Of a stretch of DNA of 64,000 nucleotides, positions 25,267-35,028 are shown one piece after another. The notes below the pieces were generated by a model. The model was given only the letters and a program-made list of their open reading frames with translations, ran no database searches and was not told where the DNA came from. The DNA comes from Euryarchaeota archaeon UBA552 (GTDB lineage: Archaea > Thermoplasmatota > Poseidoniia > Poseidoniales > Thalassarchaeaceae): positions 138,698-202,697 of the forward strand of contig DAMH01000027.1 in NCBI GenBank assembly GCA_002499585.1, read 5' to 3'. A program made the position numbers and the translations under genes. Position 1 is the first letter of the stretch. Every line of letters starts with the position of its first letter.

Positions 25267-26853
25267 CTAGTTCCTGCCAGCGATCCTTGCCAAATTTTTC
25301 TTAAACGAGTCAATATTAACCCTCCTGGATTCTTTCCTATCGACAATCGGCAGAGGATAATCTAATCCTATTATGCATTTTGATGATTCTTGAACATCTA
25401 TTGGCGCCAAGTGAGGCTCAAAAATGTACTTAGATGGGAATGAACTCAATTCTGGTACCCAGTGCCTGATAAATTCAGGATTTGCAGCGTCTACATTCAG
25501 GCTTGACTTTCCATCTGGACAGGGGTTGTATACTCGATAATACGGCATTGAGAATGGAGCAACCCCTGCCAACCATAGCCAATTACCATTATTCACTGCC
25601 CAATCAGAATCCAAAAGTTTTCTTTCAAAAACATCTCTGCCGTGTTTCCAATTCTGCCAAAGCTGTCCACGGGTCAGAAAACAAGAAACCGCATGTCGCC
25701 CTAGGTGATGCATCCAGCCGGTTGTGCTCAATTGCCGCATCATGGCGTCTATGAGGGGGAATCCGGTCATACCTGATTCCCATGCATAAAGGGCCTCAGG
25801 GTCACTTTGACCCCATTCTATGGGTTTGCAGTTGGAATTTCCCTTGTCATCGTCCCAATTATTGACTGACCTTGAAAGCAGATGGAACATCTCTCTGAAC
25901 ATTAGTTGGCCGTGAAGGGATGTTGGTGGTTTTGTGTGCTTTGAACCGAGATTCGCAGCTGTTACCTCTTTCCACAGTGTCCTAGGGGATAAGCAACCTG
26001 TACTCAGGTATGGCGAGAGACCAGTCGTAGAGGGTTCAGAAGGCAGGCCCGCCTCGTTAGTGCTGAGTGTCTTTGGCTTGCTAAATGAATTCACAAAATC
26101 TCTCCTTTCGGAGACTTTATTCTTGAGTCTTCTGAGGGCCTCAGTTTCCCCTCCTGGAAAATAACTACTGGGGCCCAGTAAGTTAGACCTTCGTTTGAGT
26201 TCGGCTAGTGGGACTATTTGATCAGATATTTTTGTTTCAGAGTTTAACTTTTGAATGGCCGATGAATCATAACTGATTGATTTGGGTGCAGGAAGCGGGT
26301 CGCCAACGATGATTCCTTCCGGACCATTTTCTAAACGGTGTGTTAGGATATTCTGTATGTCTTTCATTGATTTGGGATTCTTGTAGATCTCTGACATTAC
26401 AGTCTCTTCGATATCCAGAATTGTGTTTACGGCAGGGAAAGAGATCATTTCGGCTCCAATTTCATTAATTTGAACCTCTATATTGTCAAGTTCTTCCCTT
26501 TTCCATGGCTCTGACATATAGTCTGTGAACAAGTAATTCGGGCCGGGTCCAAGATTTTGAAAAATCATCCTCAATAAATTGGATGGATTTCCCTGAAATA
26601 CCGTAAGGCCTTGTCCGTATTCATCCCTCAATGATTGGTCGAGATCGATAAGTGAATCATACAGAAATTTTCGCCTTTTGTCACCCATATTGGAAAAGCC
26701 GTTTGGATAATCGGCTTCGTCTATAATGTATATCGGGAGGATAGTCTGTAATTCATGCCTATTTGCCGCATTGAAAAAAGGAGGGTTGTCGTGAAGCCTC
26801 AAAATTCCTCTGAACCAAACCACGGCGTGCTTTAATGACGACCACTCCATCAC
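25267..26853 (-). CDS. Cryptochrome/photolyase family protein, (6-4) photolyase / animal-cryptochrome type
   Basis: The N-terminus contains 'VVWFRGILRLHDNP'. The FAD domain reads 'WESGMTGFPLIDAMMRQLSTTGWMHHLGRHAVSCFLTRGQLWQNWKHGRDVFERKLLDSDWAVNNGNWLWLAG ... YRVYNP'. It carries the HHLxRH motif characteristic of (6-4)/animal-CRY members. Confidence 0.9.
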   Translation of the reverse strand: MMEWSSLKHAVVWFRGILRLHDNPPFFNAANRHELQTILPIYIIDEADYPNGFSNMGDKRRKFLYDSLIDLDQSLRDEYGQGLTVFQGNPSNLLRMIFQNLGPGPNYLFTDYMSEPWKREELDNIEVQINEIGAEMISFPAVNTILDIEETVMSEIYKNPKSMKDIQNILTHRLENGPEGIIVGDPLPAPKSISYDSSAIQKLNSETKISDQIVPLAELKRRSNLLGPSSYFPGGETEALRRLKNKVSERRDFVNSFSKPKTLSTNEAGLPSEPSTTGLSPYLSTGCLSPRTLWKEVTAANLGSKHTKPPTSLHGQLMFREMFHLLSRSVNNWDDDKGNSNCKPIEWGQSDPEALYAWESGMTGFPLIDAMMRQLSTTGWMHHLGRHAVSCFLTRGQLWQNWKHGRDVFERKLLDSDWAVNNGNWLWLAGVAPFSMPYYRVYNPCPDGKSSLNVDAANPEFIRHWVPELSSFPSKYIFEPHLAPIDVQESSKCIIGLDYPLPIVDRKESRRVNIDSFKKNLARIAGRN

Positions 26854-27067
26854 AACGATACCTAAACTACTGCCACCCGAGAAGAATAATATAATGTTGT
26901 ATTTTTATGAATGATGTACCTAAAAATCTTCAATTATTTCTATTCACGAAACTGAATATTGAGCCTCATAATTGATTCATTGGTCTTGAATCCATGGACA
27001 TTTCAAAAGAGGATGATACATCGGGAAAAAACTCACAATTATTACACAGCAAGTCGGTTAATTACAC

Positions 27068-29713
27068 ATGCAAACTGCTGGGCTGACGAAATGGTTCGAA
27101 AACACAGCGATGGGAGAAACATATCTGGTAGGTGGTAAAGGTGCATCTCTGGGAGAAATGTACCAAAAACTCACAAACTTGGGTGTAAGGGTTCCCAACG
27201 GTTTCATACTCACCACTCAAGCTTACACGGATTTCATTCAAGCCGCAATTCCTGAATCAACATGGGATAACGTGGGTAACCCAGAGGGAATCGGTGATCT
27301 CCGGAAAAAGGCCATATCATGCACCAATTTGGCTTCTGCCCTCGAAATTTGCTTGAAAGACGTGGATATATCGGATCCAATTGGATTGAACGGCAGGGCG
27401 TCGCTAGCGAGATCCCTGGTTCGTGAAACACCAGTACCAGACTCCGTGAAGCGTGCTATTGGATTGGATTACAGCAAATTGTGTGAAATGTATTATCCAG
27501 GGGTAGACGTTGCAGTCAGGTCCTCCGCCACCACCGAAGATTCTTCTGAGGCTTCGTTCGCAGGACAATACGAGTCTTACCTAAATGTGAGCGGGGAGTC
27601 GGAGATAGTAGAAAAATGGAGGAGATGCGTGGCTAGCATGTTTACAGAGCGTTCGGTCGGATATCACCTTGAAAACAAAATGCACCCGCTGGATAGTTCG
27701 ATCGGCGTGGTTGTTATGAAAATGGCTAGGTCAGACAAGGCGTGTTCAGGAGTGATGTTCACTATAGATCCAGATTCTGGGCACGATGGCGTGGTCCACA
27801 TAGGCTCATCGTACGGACTTGGCGAGCTTGTAGTTCAGGGTATTGTCTCGCCTGACACATTCACCGTGTGGAAGAAGGGTCTCAAAATGGGCAAATATCC
27901 AATTGTGTACAGAACTCTTGGCTCCAAAGAGCAAATGATGGTCTACAACGAAGAGGTCTCAAACGAGGTGCAAACCGTCCCTGTTTCGATTGACGATAGG
28001 AAGAAGTGGTCGTTGGACAGCACGGAAATTACGAATCTTGCAAAAATGGGGCTAGTGATAGAAGATTACTTCGGACGACCGATGGATATAGAATGGGCCA
28101 AAGACGGTATAAGTGGCGATATTTTCATTGTCCAAGCAAGACCTGAGACTATCCATTCCAAGGCGAGTGACGCAAAAATGACTCTGTACAAAATAGACGA
28201 AAAGCTCGCTTCTCGGCTGAAGAAGGAAGGACGTGTTATCGCAGAGGGACAGGCTGTTGGTAAAAGAGTGGGGTCGGGAGTTGTAAGACTTTACAGAACA
28301 TACTCGGAGGTAATGCAAGGCAGAAAAGACCTTCAAGACCTGATCAATACCGGTTTATCACAGGAAGAGATATCTCCTGAGTTAACTGTGTTTCAGCAAG
28401 GTGACGTCCTGGTAACCGAAATGACCACACCTGATTGGGAACCTTTGATGAAGCAGGCATCCCTAATCATAACTAGGAAGGGAGGTAGAACTTCCCATGC
28501 AGCAATTATCGCAAGGGAGTTCGGGATACCAGCCATTGTTGGATGCTCTGGGGCGCTGGATATCCCGAATCTGAGTGTTGTGACTGGCAGTTGTGTGGAA
28601 GGGGATACAGGGTACGTCTATTCAGGGAAGGTTCCTTTTGAAGTTGAAGAGGTGGACTTCGACGAGGATCTGAAACTGAAAACGAAGATCAAACTAAATG
28701 TGGGCTTTCCGACAAAGTCCCTCATAGATTCGCGATTACCTGTGGACGGTGTTGGTCTGGCAAGGATAGAATTCATTCTTTCATCCGGGCTAGGGATACA
28801 TCCCCTTGCATTTGTTCACCATGAGGACATGAAGGAATACTTAGATTCAGGAAATTTATCTGATGGTTTGAGGAGGTACCAATCCAGCATTCAGGACCTG
28901 GAAATCGCAGACATAAAATCATTGGTGGAGACCGTGGAAAAAAGAGCCTGGGCCTATCAGGATAAGCGGGGTCTTTTCATCGACAAGCTCAGAGAGGGCG
29001 TTGGATTGATTTGTGCAGCATTCTATCCAAGACCAGTTCTAGTGAGGCTCTCTGACTTCAAATCTAACGAATATAGAGAACTTTTAGGTGGCTCCATATT
29101 CGAACCTGTCGAAGAAAATCCTATGATTGCTTGGAGGGGTGCATCGAGGTACTTGGACGAGAAATTTGAGCCGGCATTCCAAATGGAATTAGACGCCATG
29201 AAATCGGTCAAGGAGGATTATGGACTCGACAATCTACAACTAATGGTTCCGTTTTGCAGGACGCCAGAGGAAGGGAGGATGGTCAAGGATCTGCTTGAGG
29301 GCCATGGCCTAGGGCCATCGTCTGGTACTGATCTGTTCGTTATGGTGGAATTGCCATCGAACGTCATTGAGGCAGACCGTTTTATTGATGCGATGGACCT
29401 TTCTGGGGGATCTATAGGTTCCAATGACCTAGTTCAAACGGTTTATGCTGTCTCAAGGGATGATCTCGAGGGTTATCAAAACCCCATAGACGCACGTTCT
29501 CCGGCTGTGAAGTTCCTCATCAGAGACATCGTGAATAAGTTCAATCTACGGGGTCTTGAGATTGGAATTTGCGGTCAAGCGCCCTCAGATTTCCCAGATG
29601 ATTTTCCCCCCTTCCTCATTGACTGCGGCATAACTAGTATTTCCGTGACCCCCGACACCGCGATTGCGGTAAGGGCGACGGTCGCGGAGGCCGAAAGAAA
29701 CGTGGAATGCTAA
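27068..29713 (+). CDS. ppsA: Phosphoenolpyruvate synthase (pyruvate, water dikinase)
   Basis: The N-terminus contains 'VGGKGASLGEM' and the phosphohistidine loop is 'GGRTSHAAIIAREFGIPAIVG'. The C-terminal PEP-utilising TIM barrel contains 'MIAWRGASRY' and 'SIGSNDL'. Confidence 0.95.
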   Translation: MQTAGLTKWFENTAMGETYLVGGKGASLGEMYQKLTNLGVRVPNGFILTTQAYTDFIQAAIPESTWDNVGNPEGIGDLRKKAISCTNLASALEICLKDVDISDPIGLNGRASLARSLVRETPVPDSVKRAIGLDYSKLCEMYYPGVDVAVRSSATTEDSSEASFAGQYESYLNVSGESEIVEKWRRCVASMFTERSVGYHLENKMHPLDSSIGVVVMKMARSDKACSGVMFTIDPDSGHDGVVHIGSSYGLGELVVQGIVSPDTFTVWKKGLKMGKYPIVYRTLGSKEQMMVYNEEVSNEVQTVPVSIDDRKKWSLDSTEITNLAKMGLVIEDYFGRPMDIEWAKDGISGDIFIVQARPETIHSKASDAKMTLYKIDEKLASRLKKEGRVIAEGQAVGKRVGSGVVRLYRTYSEVMQGRKDLQDLINTGLSQEEISPELTVFQQGDVLVTEMTTPDWEPLMKQASLIITRKGGRTSHAAIIAREFGIPAIVGCSGALDIPNLSVVTGSCVEGDTGYVYSGKVPFEVEEVDFDEDLKLKTKIKLNVGFPTKSLIDSRLPVDGVGLARIEFILSSGLGIHPLAFVHHEDMKEYLDSGNLSDGLRRYQSSIQDLEIADIKSLVETVEKRAWAYQDKRGLFIDKLREGVGLICAAFYPRPVLVRLSDFKSNEYRELLGGSIFEPVEENPMIAWRGASRYLDEKFEPAFQMELDAMKSVKEDYGLDNLQLMVPFCRTPEEGRMVKDLLEGHGLGPSSGTDLFVMVELPSNVIEADRFIDAMDLSGGSIGSNDLVQTVYAVSRDDLEGYQNPIDARSPAVKFLIRDIVNKFNLRGLEIGICGQAPSDFPDDFPPFLIDCGITSISVTPDTAIAVRATVAEAERNVEC

Positions 29714-29841
29714 ATTCATGTTTTTAGGTCGTATATTGTCCTCGATTTCCGGAATCCACTACACTCATGAGGCGTGCTGAAAACATATTCATGGTTACTC
29801 GGGATTGACCCTCGTACGGGCGAAGCAAGAGGCTGGTGAAA

Positions 29842-30384
29842 TTATGTATCGTTTTTGTTGAATGGCCTGGCGCATTTGGGACATCTGGTCGGCTTGGTCA
29901 CGCGTCTCCTTTCCCACGCATGTCCGCAGTTTCCGCAAATCCAAGTTCTCTCTGGAAGTGATTCCAAGACCTTCTGGCGCATTTGCTGTAAGACAATGGA
30001 GTCCTTCAATCTTGGTGCAGGCGCAATCTTGTCAACAATTTCCTTGTGAGTGGCACTGTGTGTAGTGATTCCCGAGGCATGCAGGAGTTCGTGGGCTAGG
30101 GTGTGGTCTCTGAGGGGAGTATCCTGGATAAGATCTGGATGCAACAGTATCTCTATTTCCCCAGGGCCGATCTTGTATCTTCGTCTTCGTTCGATTTCAT
30201 TATGATCGATCTCAAAACGGGTTAGCCCTAAACGTCCTTTTTGAGGGTCTTCGTAGATTATCGTCAATCTTTTTTTGAGGTATGGTAGAAAAGGGGCTAT
30301 CTCGGTGTCCAAGTTTTCCAATAACGCCTTCCAAATCGGCAGGGGGACCCCCTCGGGCGGTTCACTCACGTGGGGCTCATGCAC
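29842..30384 (-). CDS. Putative zinc metalloprotease (HExxH, SprT-like) with a C-terminal zinc ribbon
   Basis: The HExxH motif lies in 'HTLAHELLHASG'. The C-terminus reads 'WICGNCGHAWERRRVTKPTRCPKCARPF' (CxxC...CxxC). Confidence 0.6.
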   Translation of the reverse strand: MHEPHVSEPPEGVPLPIWKALLENLDTEIAPFLPYLKKRLTIIYEDPQKGRLGLTRFEIDHNEIERRRRYKIGPGEIEILLHPDLIQDTPLRDHTLAHELLHASGITTHSATHKEIVDKIAPAPRLKDSIVLQQMRQKVLESLPERTWICGNCGHAWERRRVTKPTRCPKCARPFNKNDT

Positions 30385-30424
30385 CCACGCTCCTTAAATC
30401 GACTTACCAATACGGCCTTCCATA

Positions 30425-30501
30425 GGGCGTGTGGCGCAGCTTGGAAGCGCGCTTCCTTGGCATGGAAGAGGCCCCGAGTTCAAATCTCGGCACGTCCACC
30501 A
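30425..30501 (+). tRNA. tRNA-Ala (anticodon GGC), CCA encoded
   Basis: The sequence is GGGCGTGTGGCGCAGCTTGGAAGCGCGCTTCCTTGGCATGGAAGAGGCCCCGAGTTCAAATCTCGGCACGTCCACCA. It forms a clean cloverleaf with the G3:U70 Ala identity pair and anticodon loop TT-GGC-AT. Confidence 0.95.
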
Positions 30502-30558
30502 AATATCGAAACCAGTTCTCTACAGGATATTGGCAGGATTGGTTGCCCATGTTTCCCT

Positions 30559-30666
30559 TCACTGACGTGCCGCTTTACGGGCGGCTTTCCTTCTACGGAG
30601 CTTCTTTTTTCTCCACTTCCAACGTTGATTGCCGGCCTTCTTCCAAGCCCGGGATCCACGCTTCAT
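30559..30666 (-). CDS. rpl41e: Ribosomal protein eL41 (L41e), 35 aa, below the ORF-track size cutoff
   Basis: My own translation gives MKRGSRAWKKAGNQRWKWRKKKLRRRKAARKAARQ*. This matches the archaeal L41e pattern M-K-R-x-x-R-x-W-K-K-x-G-x-x-R-W-K-W-x-K-K-R-x-R-R. GGAGGGACCC lies immediately upstream of the ATG. Confidence 0.7.
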   Translation of the reverse strand: MKRGSRAWKKAGNQRWKWRKKKLRRRKAARKAARQ

Positions 30667-30711
30667 GGGTCCCTCCGGCTTGCTTACTGTATTTGACGCA
30701 TTCGGAAATAA

Positions 30712-31074
30712 TCAAGAATTTAGCAGGTCGTCTACGCTGGATACGCTGGTGGGAAGTTCAGGCTCTTGTGTGGTTGCAGTGCCTGTTTGGACAACAATTG
30801 TTTGTGATGGAACTTCGGGTTGATCTGTACCTCCTCTGACAAAACGGCCAATTTTTGCCGTGACGCTGAGAAAGAGGTAGAGTCCTAGGACAAAACCCCC
30901 TGATGCAGCTACGCCAAGTGAGATAGATTTGTACTTGATCATTTGAAGATCCGTCTCCTGAGTTACCACATCTCCAAATCCGGTTAGCATCATGTACGCA
31001 TATAGCCCTCCGCCGAAGGCTCCTATGCAGAGACCCATCAGCATCGAGTTTTGTATTGTCCTTGGTTGTGCCAT
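30712..31074 (-). CDS. Small membrane protein, hypothetical
   Basis: The 120-aa ORF has two clear TM helices (MLMGLCIGAFGGGLYAYMML; ISLGVAASGGFVLGLYLFLSV) and a Thr/Pro/Glu-rich tail. It is preferred over the overlapping 118-aa ORF in another frame. Confidence 0.6.
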   Translation of the reverse strand: MAQPRTIQNSMLMGLCIGAFGGGLYAYMMLTGFGDVVTQETDLQMIKYKSISLGVAASGGFVLGLYLFLSVTAKIGRFVRGGTDQPEVPSQTIVVQTGTATTQEPELPTSVSSVDDLLNS

Positions 31075-31123
31075 ACAATTGGCTGGTCGGTGTCACTAAT
31101 AATTTGATTGCCATTTATTTCGA

Positions 31124-31786
31124 TTATATGTATGACACTAATTCACTTAGAACAGATTGGATATCTGGCGATTTTGTAACTCCAGAGGCCAGCAGCACTC
31201 CTGAGGCCCCAAGGTCAAGCGCCGCCAGAACGTCCTGACCATTTTTGATCCCAGCGCCGCAAAGGACCCTCACATTGTCGTCTATTTGACTCACGGCATT
31301 GACTGAATCTCTAACGATAGATGGATCGGCTGTGGTTACGGATATGTCTCCGCCAATCAATTCAGGGGGTTCGACTGCTATCATTGATGGTGAAAGGTGT
31401 GCTAATGCTTTGGCCTCTTTTGTGTCTGCAGCACATGCACAAACCTCAAAATTCGCTGGTATCATGGCCAGTAGCTGGTCGATATCACCAAGCGGGACTT
31501 TTCTCTCAGCATGATTAGTCAGAGTTCCCTTTGCGCCCCTCTCAATCGCAGTGAGTGGTTCAACGCGACCGGTGTTTGAGCCGCGGCTTACAGGATCTAG
31601 ATGTTGGACCCAAAGTTCCAGTTCTGGAGCAGCCCTTGATACCGCACCTAGATCTAACGCAGAAACTGCAAGTACCATTCTAGCATCTGTTTCGACGTCC
31701 TGCATCATAGTCGCCAGTGTCTCAGCCGCTTGCCCGGATGCGGTCGCATAGGTTTTACAATTTACAACAATCAGCGGCTCGTCCAT
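31124..31786 (-). CDS. tpiA: Triosephosphate isomerase, short archaeal type
   Basis: The 220-aa protein contains 'IVVNCKTYATASG', 'GTLTNHAERK', 'IAVEPPELIG' and 'VLCGAGI ... GVLLASGV'. Confidence 0.9.
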   Translation of the reverse strand: MDEPLIVVNCKTYATASGQAAETLATMMQDVETDARMVLAVSALDLGAVSRAAPELELWVQHLDPVSRGSNTGRVEPLTAIERGAKGTLTNHAERKVPLGDIDQLLAMIPANFEVCACAADTKEAKALAHLSPSMIAVEPPELIGGDISVTTADPSIVRDSVNAVSQIDDNVRVLCGAGIKNGQDVLAALDLGASGVLLASGVTKSPDIQSVLSELVSYI

Positions 31787-31834
31787 GCACCCCGGTCTGG
31801 AGTATGCCTTTTGTTGATGTCGCTTGATTTGACA

Positions 31835-32809
31835 TCACATGTGTTGATTGAATCCCACAATCTCGTTTTCTAAATGCGATTGTTCCATTATAACCGCATT
31901 TTCACCTATCAGACAATTTTTCACAGTTGCCCCATCTCCGATTTTTGCGCCTTCTAGGATTGCCGAATTCTCAATGGTGACTCCCTGCCCCAGATTGCAT
32001 CCAGCTGCTACAGCACTCCTCACTATACCGTCCTTTGCGAGACTGGTGTCTCCATACCAAGTGGATCCAACGACCCCTCCTGTTGAGAATGATCTGTCAT
32101 CGATAGCAGCCGACATTGCTTCCAAATAACTTGATTTCGTCCCGGCATCTATGAATCTTCCAGAGTACTGGAAGCCCCCCATCCTGCCCATCTTCGCTAT
32201 TTTCGGAAAGACCTCCCTTTCAATTGAATGAGGTTTTCTTTTGAGAGAAGTGAGCACACTCTCTTCGAGAATATAGCATCCGGCATTGATAAGATTTGAA
32301 TACGCTTCTTCAAGGCTGGGTTTCTCTTGGAATCTCAAGATAGATTGGTTATCTCGGTTATAATCAGCCACTCCGTAACGAGTCGGGTCCTCGACCGGCC
32401 ACAATGATATCGAAGCCAATTCATTGTTACTTATGTGTTGGCGCAACATACCCTCCACATCAACGGTAGTTATCAGGTCACCATTCATCACTAAAGTACG
32501 TGGGCCTCGTACATGCTCTTTGCAATTAGAAATGGCTCCACCTGTCCCCAATGGCTCTTGTTCATCAACAACCATTACCTCCATGCCCATTTCATAGTTT
32601 TCGAAATATTCCCTCATCTGGCTAGACCCATAACCCGCAGCGATTATTACTCGGTCGATGAGATTCCTGGGGAGGATCTTGAGGCTGTGTTCGATCAAAG
32701 TCATATCGAGTAATGGAATCAGCGGTTTGGGTAATGACTCAGTCCAGGGTCTCAAGCGGGTACCGAAACCTCCTGCGAGTATGATGACGTCCACAGTCCA
32801 CGCTGTCAT
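31835..32809 (-). CDS. Sugar-phosphate nucleotidyltransferase (NTP-transferase domain plus left-handed beta-helix)
   Basis: The N-terminus reads 'ILAGGFGTRLRPWTESLPKPLIPL'. The C-terminus has hexapeptide-like repeats (GCNLGQGVTIENSAILEGAKIGDGATVKNCLIGENAVI). Confidence 0.85.
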   Translation of the reverse strand: MTAWTVDVIILAGGFGTRLRPWTESLPKPLIPLLDMTLIEHSLKILPRNLIDRVIIAAGYGSSQMREYFENYEMGMEVMVVDEQEPLGTGGAISNCKEHVRGPRTLVMNGDLITTVDVEGMLRQHISNNELASISLWPVEDPTRYGVADYNRDNQSILRFQEKPSLEEAYSNLINAGCYILEESVLTSLKRKPHSIEREVFPKIAKMGRMGGFQYSGRFIDAGTKSSYLEAMSAAIDDRSFSTGGVVGSTWYGDTSLAKDGIVRSAVAAGCNLGQGVTIENSAILEGAKIGDGATVKNCLIGENAVIMEQSHLENEIVGFNQHM

Positions 32810-32890
32810 ATCTAGGAATTAGCATTGTCCCCAAAAGATCCGCGAAGCGAACCGTTCAAGGATCGTCGATACGCCGCGAGGTTGGGAGAC

Positions 32891-34099
32891 ATGAATATAC
32901 ACGAGTATCAAGCAAAAAAAATGTTTAGGGACGCCGGTGTTCCTGTGCTAGATGGCGTCCATTGCAAAAATGTCAATGATGCCATCAAAGCATATGAGGA
33001 CTTAGGAAAAGGAACAGTAGCAGTCAAGAGTCAGATCCACGCTGGGGGCCGGGGGAAAGGAGTTCTTTACCATCCAAAGACGGGAGAGTTGGTAATGAAT
33101 GGAGGAGTTAAAATTGCGACATCCTTGGAAGAAGTAGAGCAATATTCGAGCGGCATACTAGGAAATGTCCTGGTCACCAAACAAACCGGTGACAGTGGAA
33201 AGTTGGTACGGAACTTGTATGTAGAATCCGGGTGCGACATAGATCACGAGTACTATCTAGCTATGCTCGTAGACAGGGGGTCGAATTCACTGCTTGTCAT
33301 GGCATCTGTTGAAGGTGGAATGGATATCGAGGAGGTTGCCGAGAGGAATCCAGAATCTATTCATCGCATCTACAGCCGAGGAAAAAATGGATTTTCAGAA
33401 GAACAGTCCCTCTCACTTGGGGGGAATCTGGAATTGACGGGCAAATCCCTGTCAGAGTTCTCCAAGATGATCCTCAGACTGAGTAAGATGTTCATCGAAT
33501 CGGATTGTGGCATGATAGAGATCAATCCACTCGTAAAGACAGGGGGCGGTGATATGATCGCCTTAGATGCCAAGATATCTCTTGACGATAACGCATCTTT
33601 CCGGCACCCAGAGTGGGAAGAAATGAGGGACCTTGACGAAGAGGAGGAAGTAGAAATAAGAGCAAACCAGACTGGTTTGTCCTATGTCAAACTGGACGGG
33701 GACATCGGTTGTATGGTGAACGGTGCTGGTCTAGCAATGGCGACTATGGACGTCATAAAACTCTATGGCGGAGAGCCTGCTAATTTCCTTGATGTTGGCG
33801 GAGGGGCTGACGAGGACCAAGTCACTACTGCTTTCAGCATAATCTTGGAGGACCCCAACGTCAAGGGCATACTGGTGAATATATTCGGAGGAATTATGAG
33901 ATGCGACATCATTGCAAGGGGAATAATATCTGCGGTCAACAAACTGGGCCTGACGCGCCCATTGGTGGTTCGTCTGGCAGGGACCAATGTCGAAGATGGA
34001 AAGGCGATCCTATCCGGGAGCGGCCTGAACATACACACCGCAACCTCACTTTCCGACGGGGCCAAAAGAATCGTCAATCTCGTTAAGGAGGCTCAGTAA
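32891..34099 (+). CDS. sucC: Succinyl-CoA synthetase beta subunit
   Basis: Motifs include '[19 protein letters not shown]', '[14 protein letters not shown]' and '[10 protein letters not shown]'. The start is set at the canonical MNIHEYQ, because the track start adds 22 codons. Confidence 0.95.
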   Translation: MNIHEYQAKKMFRDAGVPVLDGVHCKNVNDAIKAYEDLGKGTVAVKSQIHAGGRGKGVLYHPKTGELVMNGGVKIATSLEEVEQYSSGILGNVLVTKQTGDSGKLVRNLYVESGCDIDHEYYLAMLVDRGSNSLLVMASVEGGMDIEEVAERNPESIHRIYSRGKNGFSEEQSLSLGGNLELTGKSLSEFSKMILRLSKMFIESDCGMIEINPLVKTGGGDMIALDAKISLDDNASFRHPEWEEMRDLDEEEEVEIRANQTGLSYVKLDGDIGCMVNGAGLAMATMDVIKLYGGEPANFLDVGGGADEDQVTTAFSIILEDPNVKGILVNIFGGIMRCDIIARGIISAVNKLGLTRPLVVRLAGTNVEDGKAILSGSGLNIHTATSLSDGAKRIVNLVKEAQ

Positions 34100-35028
34100 T
34101 GTCAGTCTGGGTCGGCGAGGAGGCAAGAATCCTGATTCAGGGTATCACCGGGAAGCAGGGAGGTTTCCATGGGACGAAGATGGCTGAGTATGGCAGCAAC
34201 ATTGTAGGAGGCGTCACACCCGGGAAAGGGGGTACAACTGTTTCATTGAACGGTAGGGATGTCCCAGTTTTCAACAGAGTTGAGGAGGCCATCATTCAAA
34301 CTGACGCTGAGGTCAGCGTTCTGTATGTCCCACCACCCTTCGCCGGCGCGGCGATCAAGGAAGCCGCTGCCGCGTTTCATAATATACGAGGGGAGGGTTT
34401 GATAGTCTGTATAACTGAAGGCATTCCCATACTGGACATGTTGGATGTAACCTCTGAACTGGAAAGGTATCCACTTGTACGACTCATAGGCCCCAATTGT
34501 CCGGGAATAATTACTCCCGGTGAAATTGGTGGTTCTAAAATCGGGATAATGCCAGGGCAAATACATAGAAAAGGACGAATCGGCATTGTGTCCAAATCTG
34601 GTACGCTAACGTACGAAGCTGTTGCGCAGACAACTGGTATTGGCGAAGGGCAATCTACGTGCATAGGAATTGGAGGAGATCCGATCCAAGGCACTGGTTT
34701 CATAGATTGTCTTGAAGCCTTCGAGCAGGATCCACAGACTGAAGCGATTGTGTTGATTGGTGAAATAGGCGGATCTGCTGAAGAGGAAGCGGCTCTGTGG
34801 ATAAGGAAAAATGGAACTAAGCCGGTTGTGGGGTTCGTAGCAGGCTCTACCGCCCCGCCAGGGAAGAGGATGGGGCACGCCGGGGCAATAATAAGCGGCG
34901 GAAAGGGAACGGCAGAAGAGAAGATCAAGGCTTTTGAGGAGGCGGGAATTTATGTCGCAAACGACCCATCGGTCATTGGAGATGTCTTGAAGAAGGCCCT
35001 AGTTGATGCTGGATTGGCCGCCAAATGA
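34099..35028 (+). CDS. sucD: Succinyl-CoA synthetase alpha subunit
   Basis: Motifs include '[14 protein letters not shown]', '[14 protein letters not shown]' and the phosphohistidine loop '[14 protein letters not shown]'. There is a TAATG junction with sucC. Confidence 0.95.
   Translation: MSVWVGEEARILIQGITGKQGGFHGTKMAEYGSNIVGGVTPGKGGTTVSLNGRDVPVFNRVEEAIIQTDAEVSVLYVPPPFAGAAIKEAAAAFHNIRGEGLIVCITEGIPILDMLDVTSELERYPLVRLIGPNCPGIITPGEIGGSKIGIMPGQIHRKGRIGIVSKSGTLTYEAVAQTTGIGEGQSTCIGIGGDPIQGTGFIDCLEAFEQDPQTEAIVLIGEIGGSAEEEAALWIRKNGTKPVVGFVAGSTAPPGKRMGHAGAIISGGKGTAEEKIKAFEEAGIYVANDPSVIGDVLKKALVDAGLAAK

Noticed and set aside
34377-34928. 183-aa and 90-aa minus-strand ORFs inside sucD
   Set aside because: They are antisense to a highly conserved succinyl-CoA synthetase alpha gene. 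Their Pro/Ser/Ile-rich composition carries no motifs.
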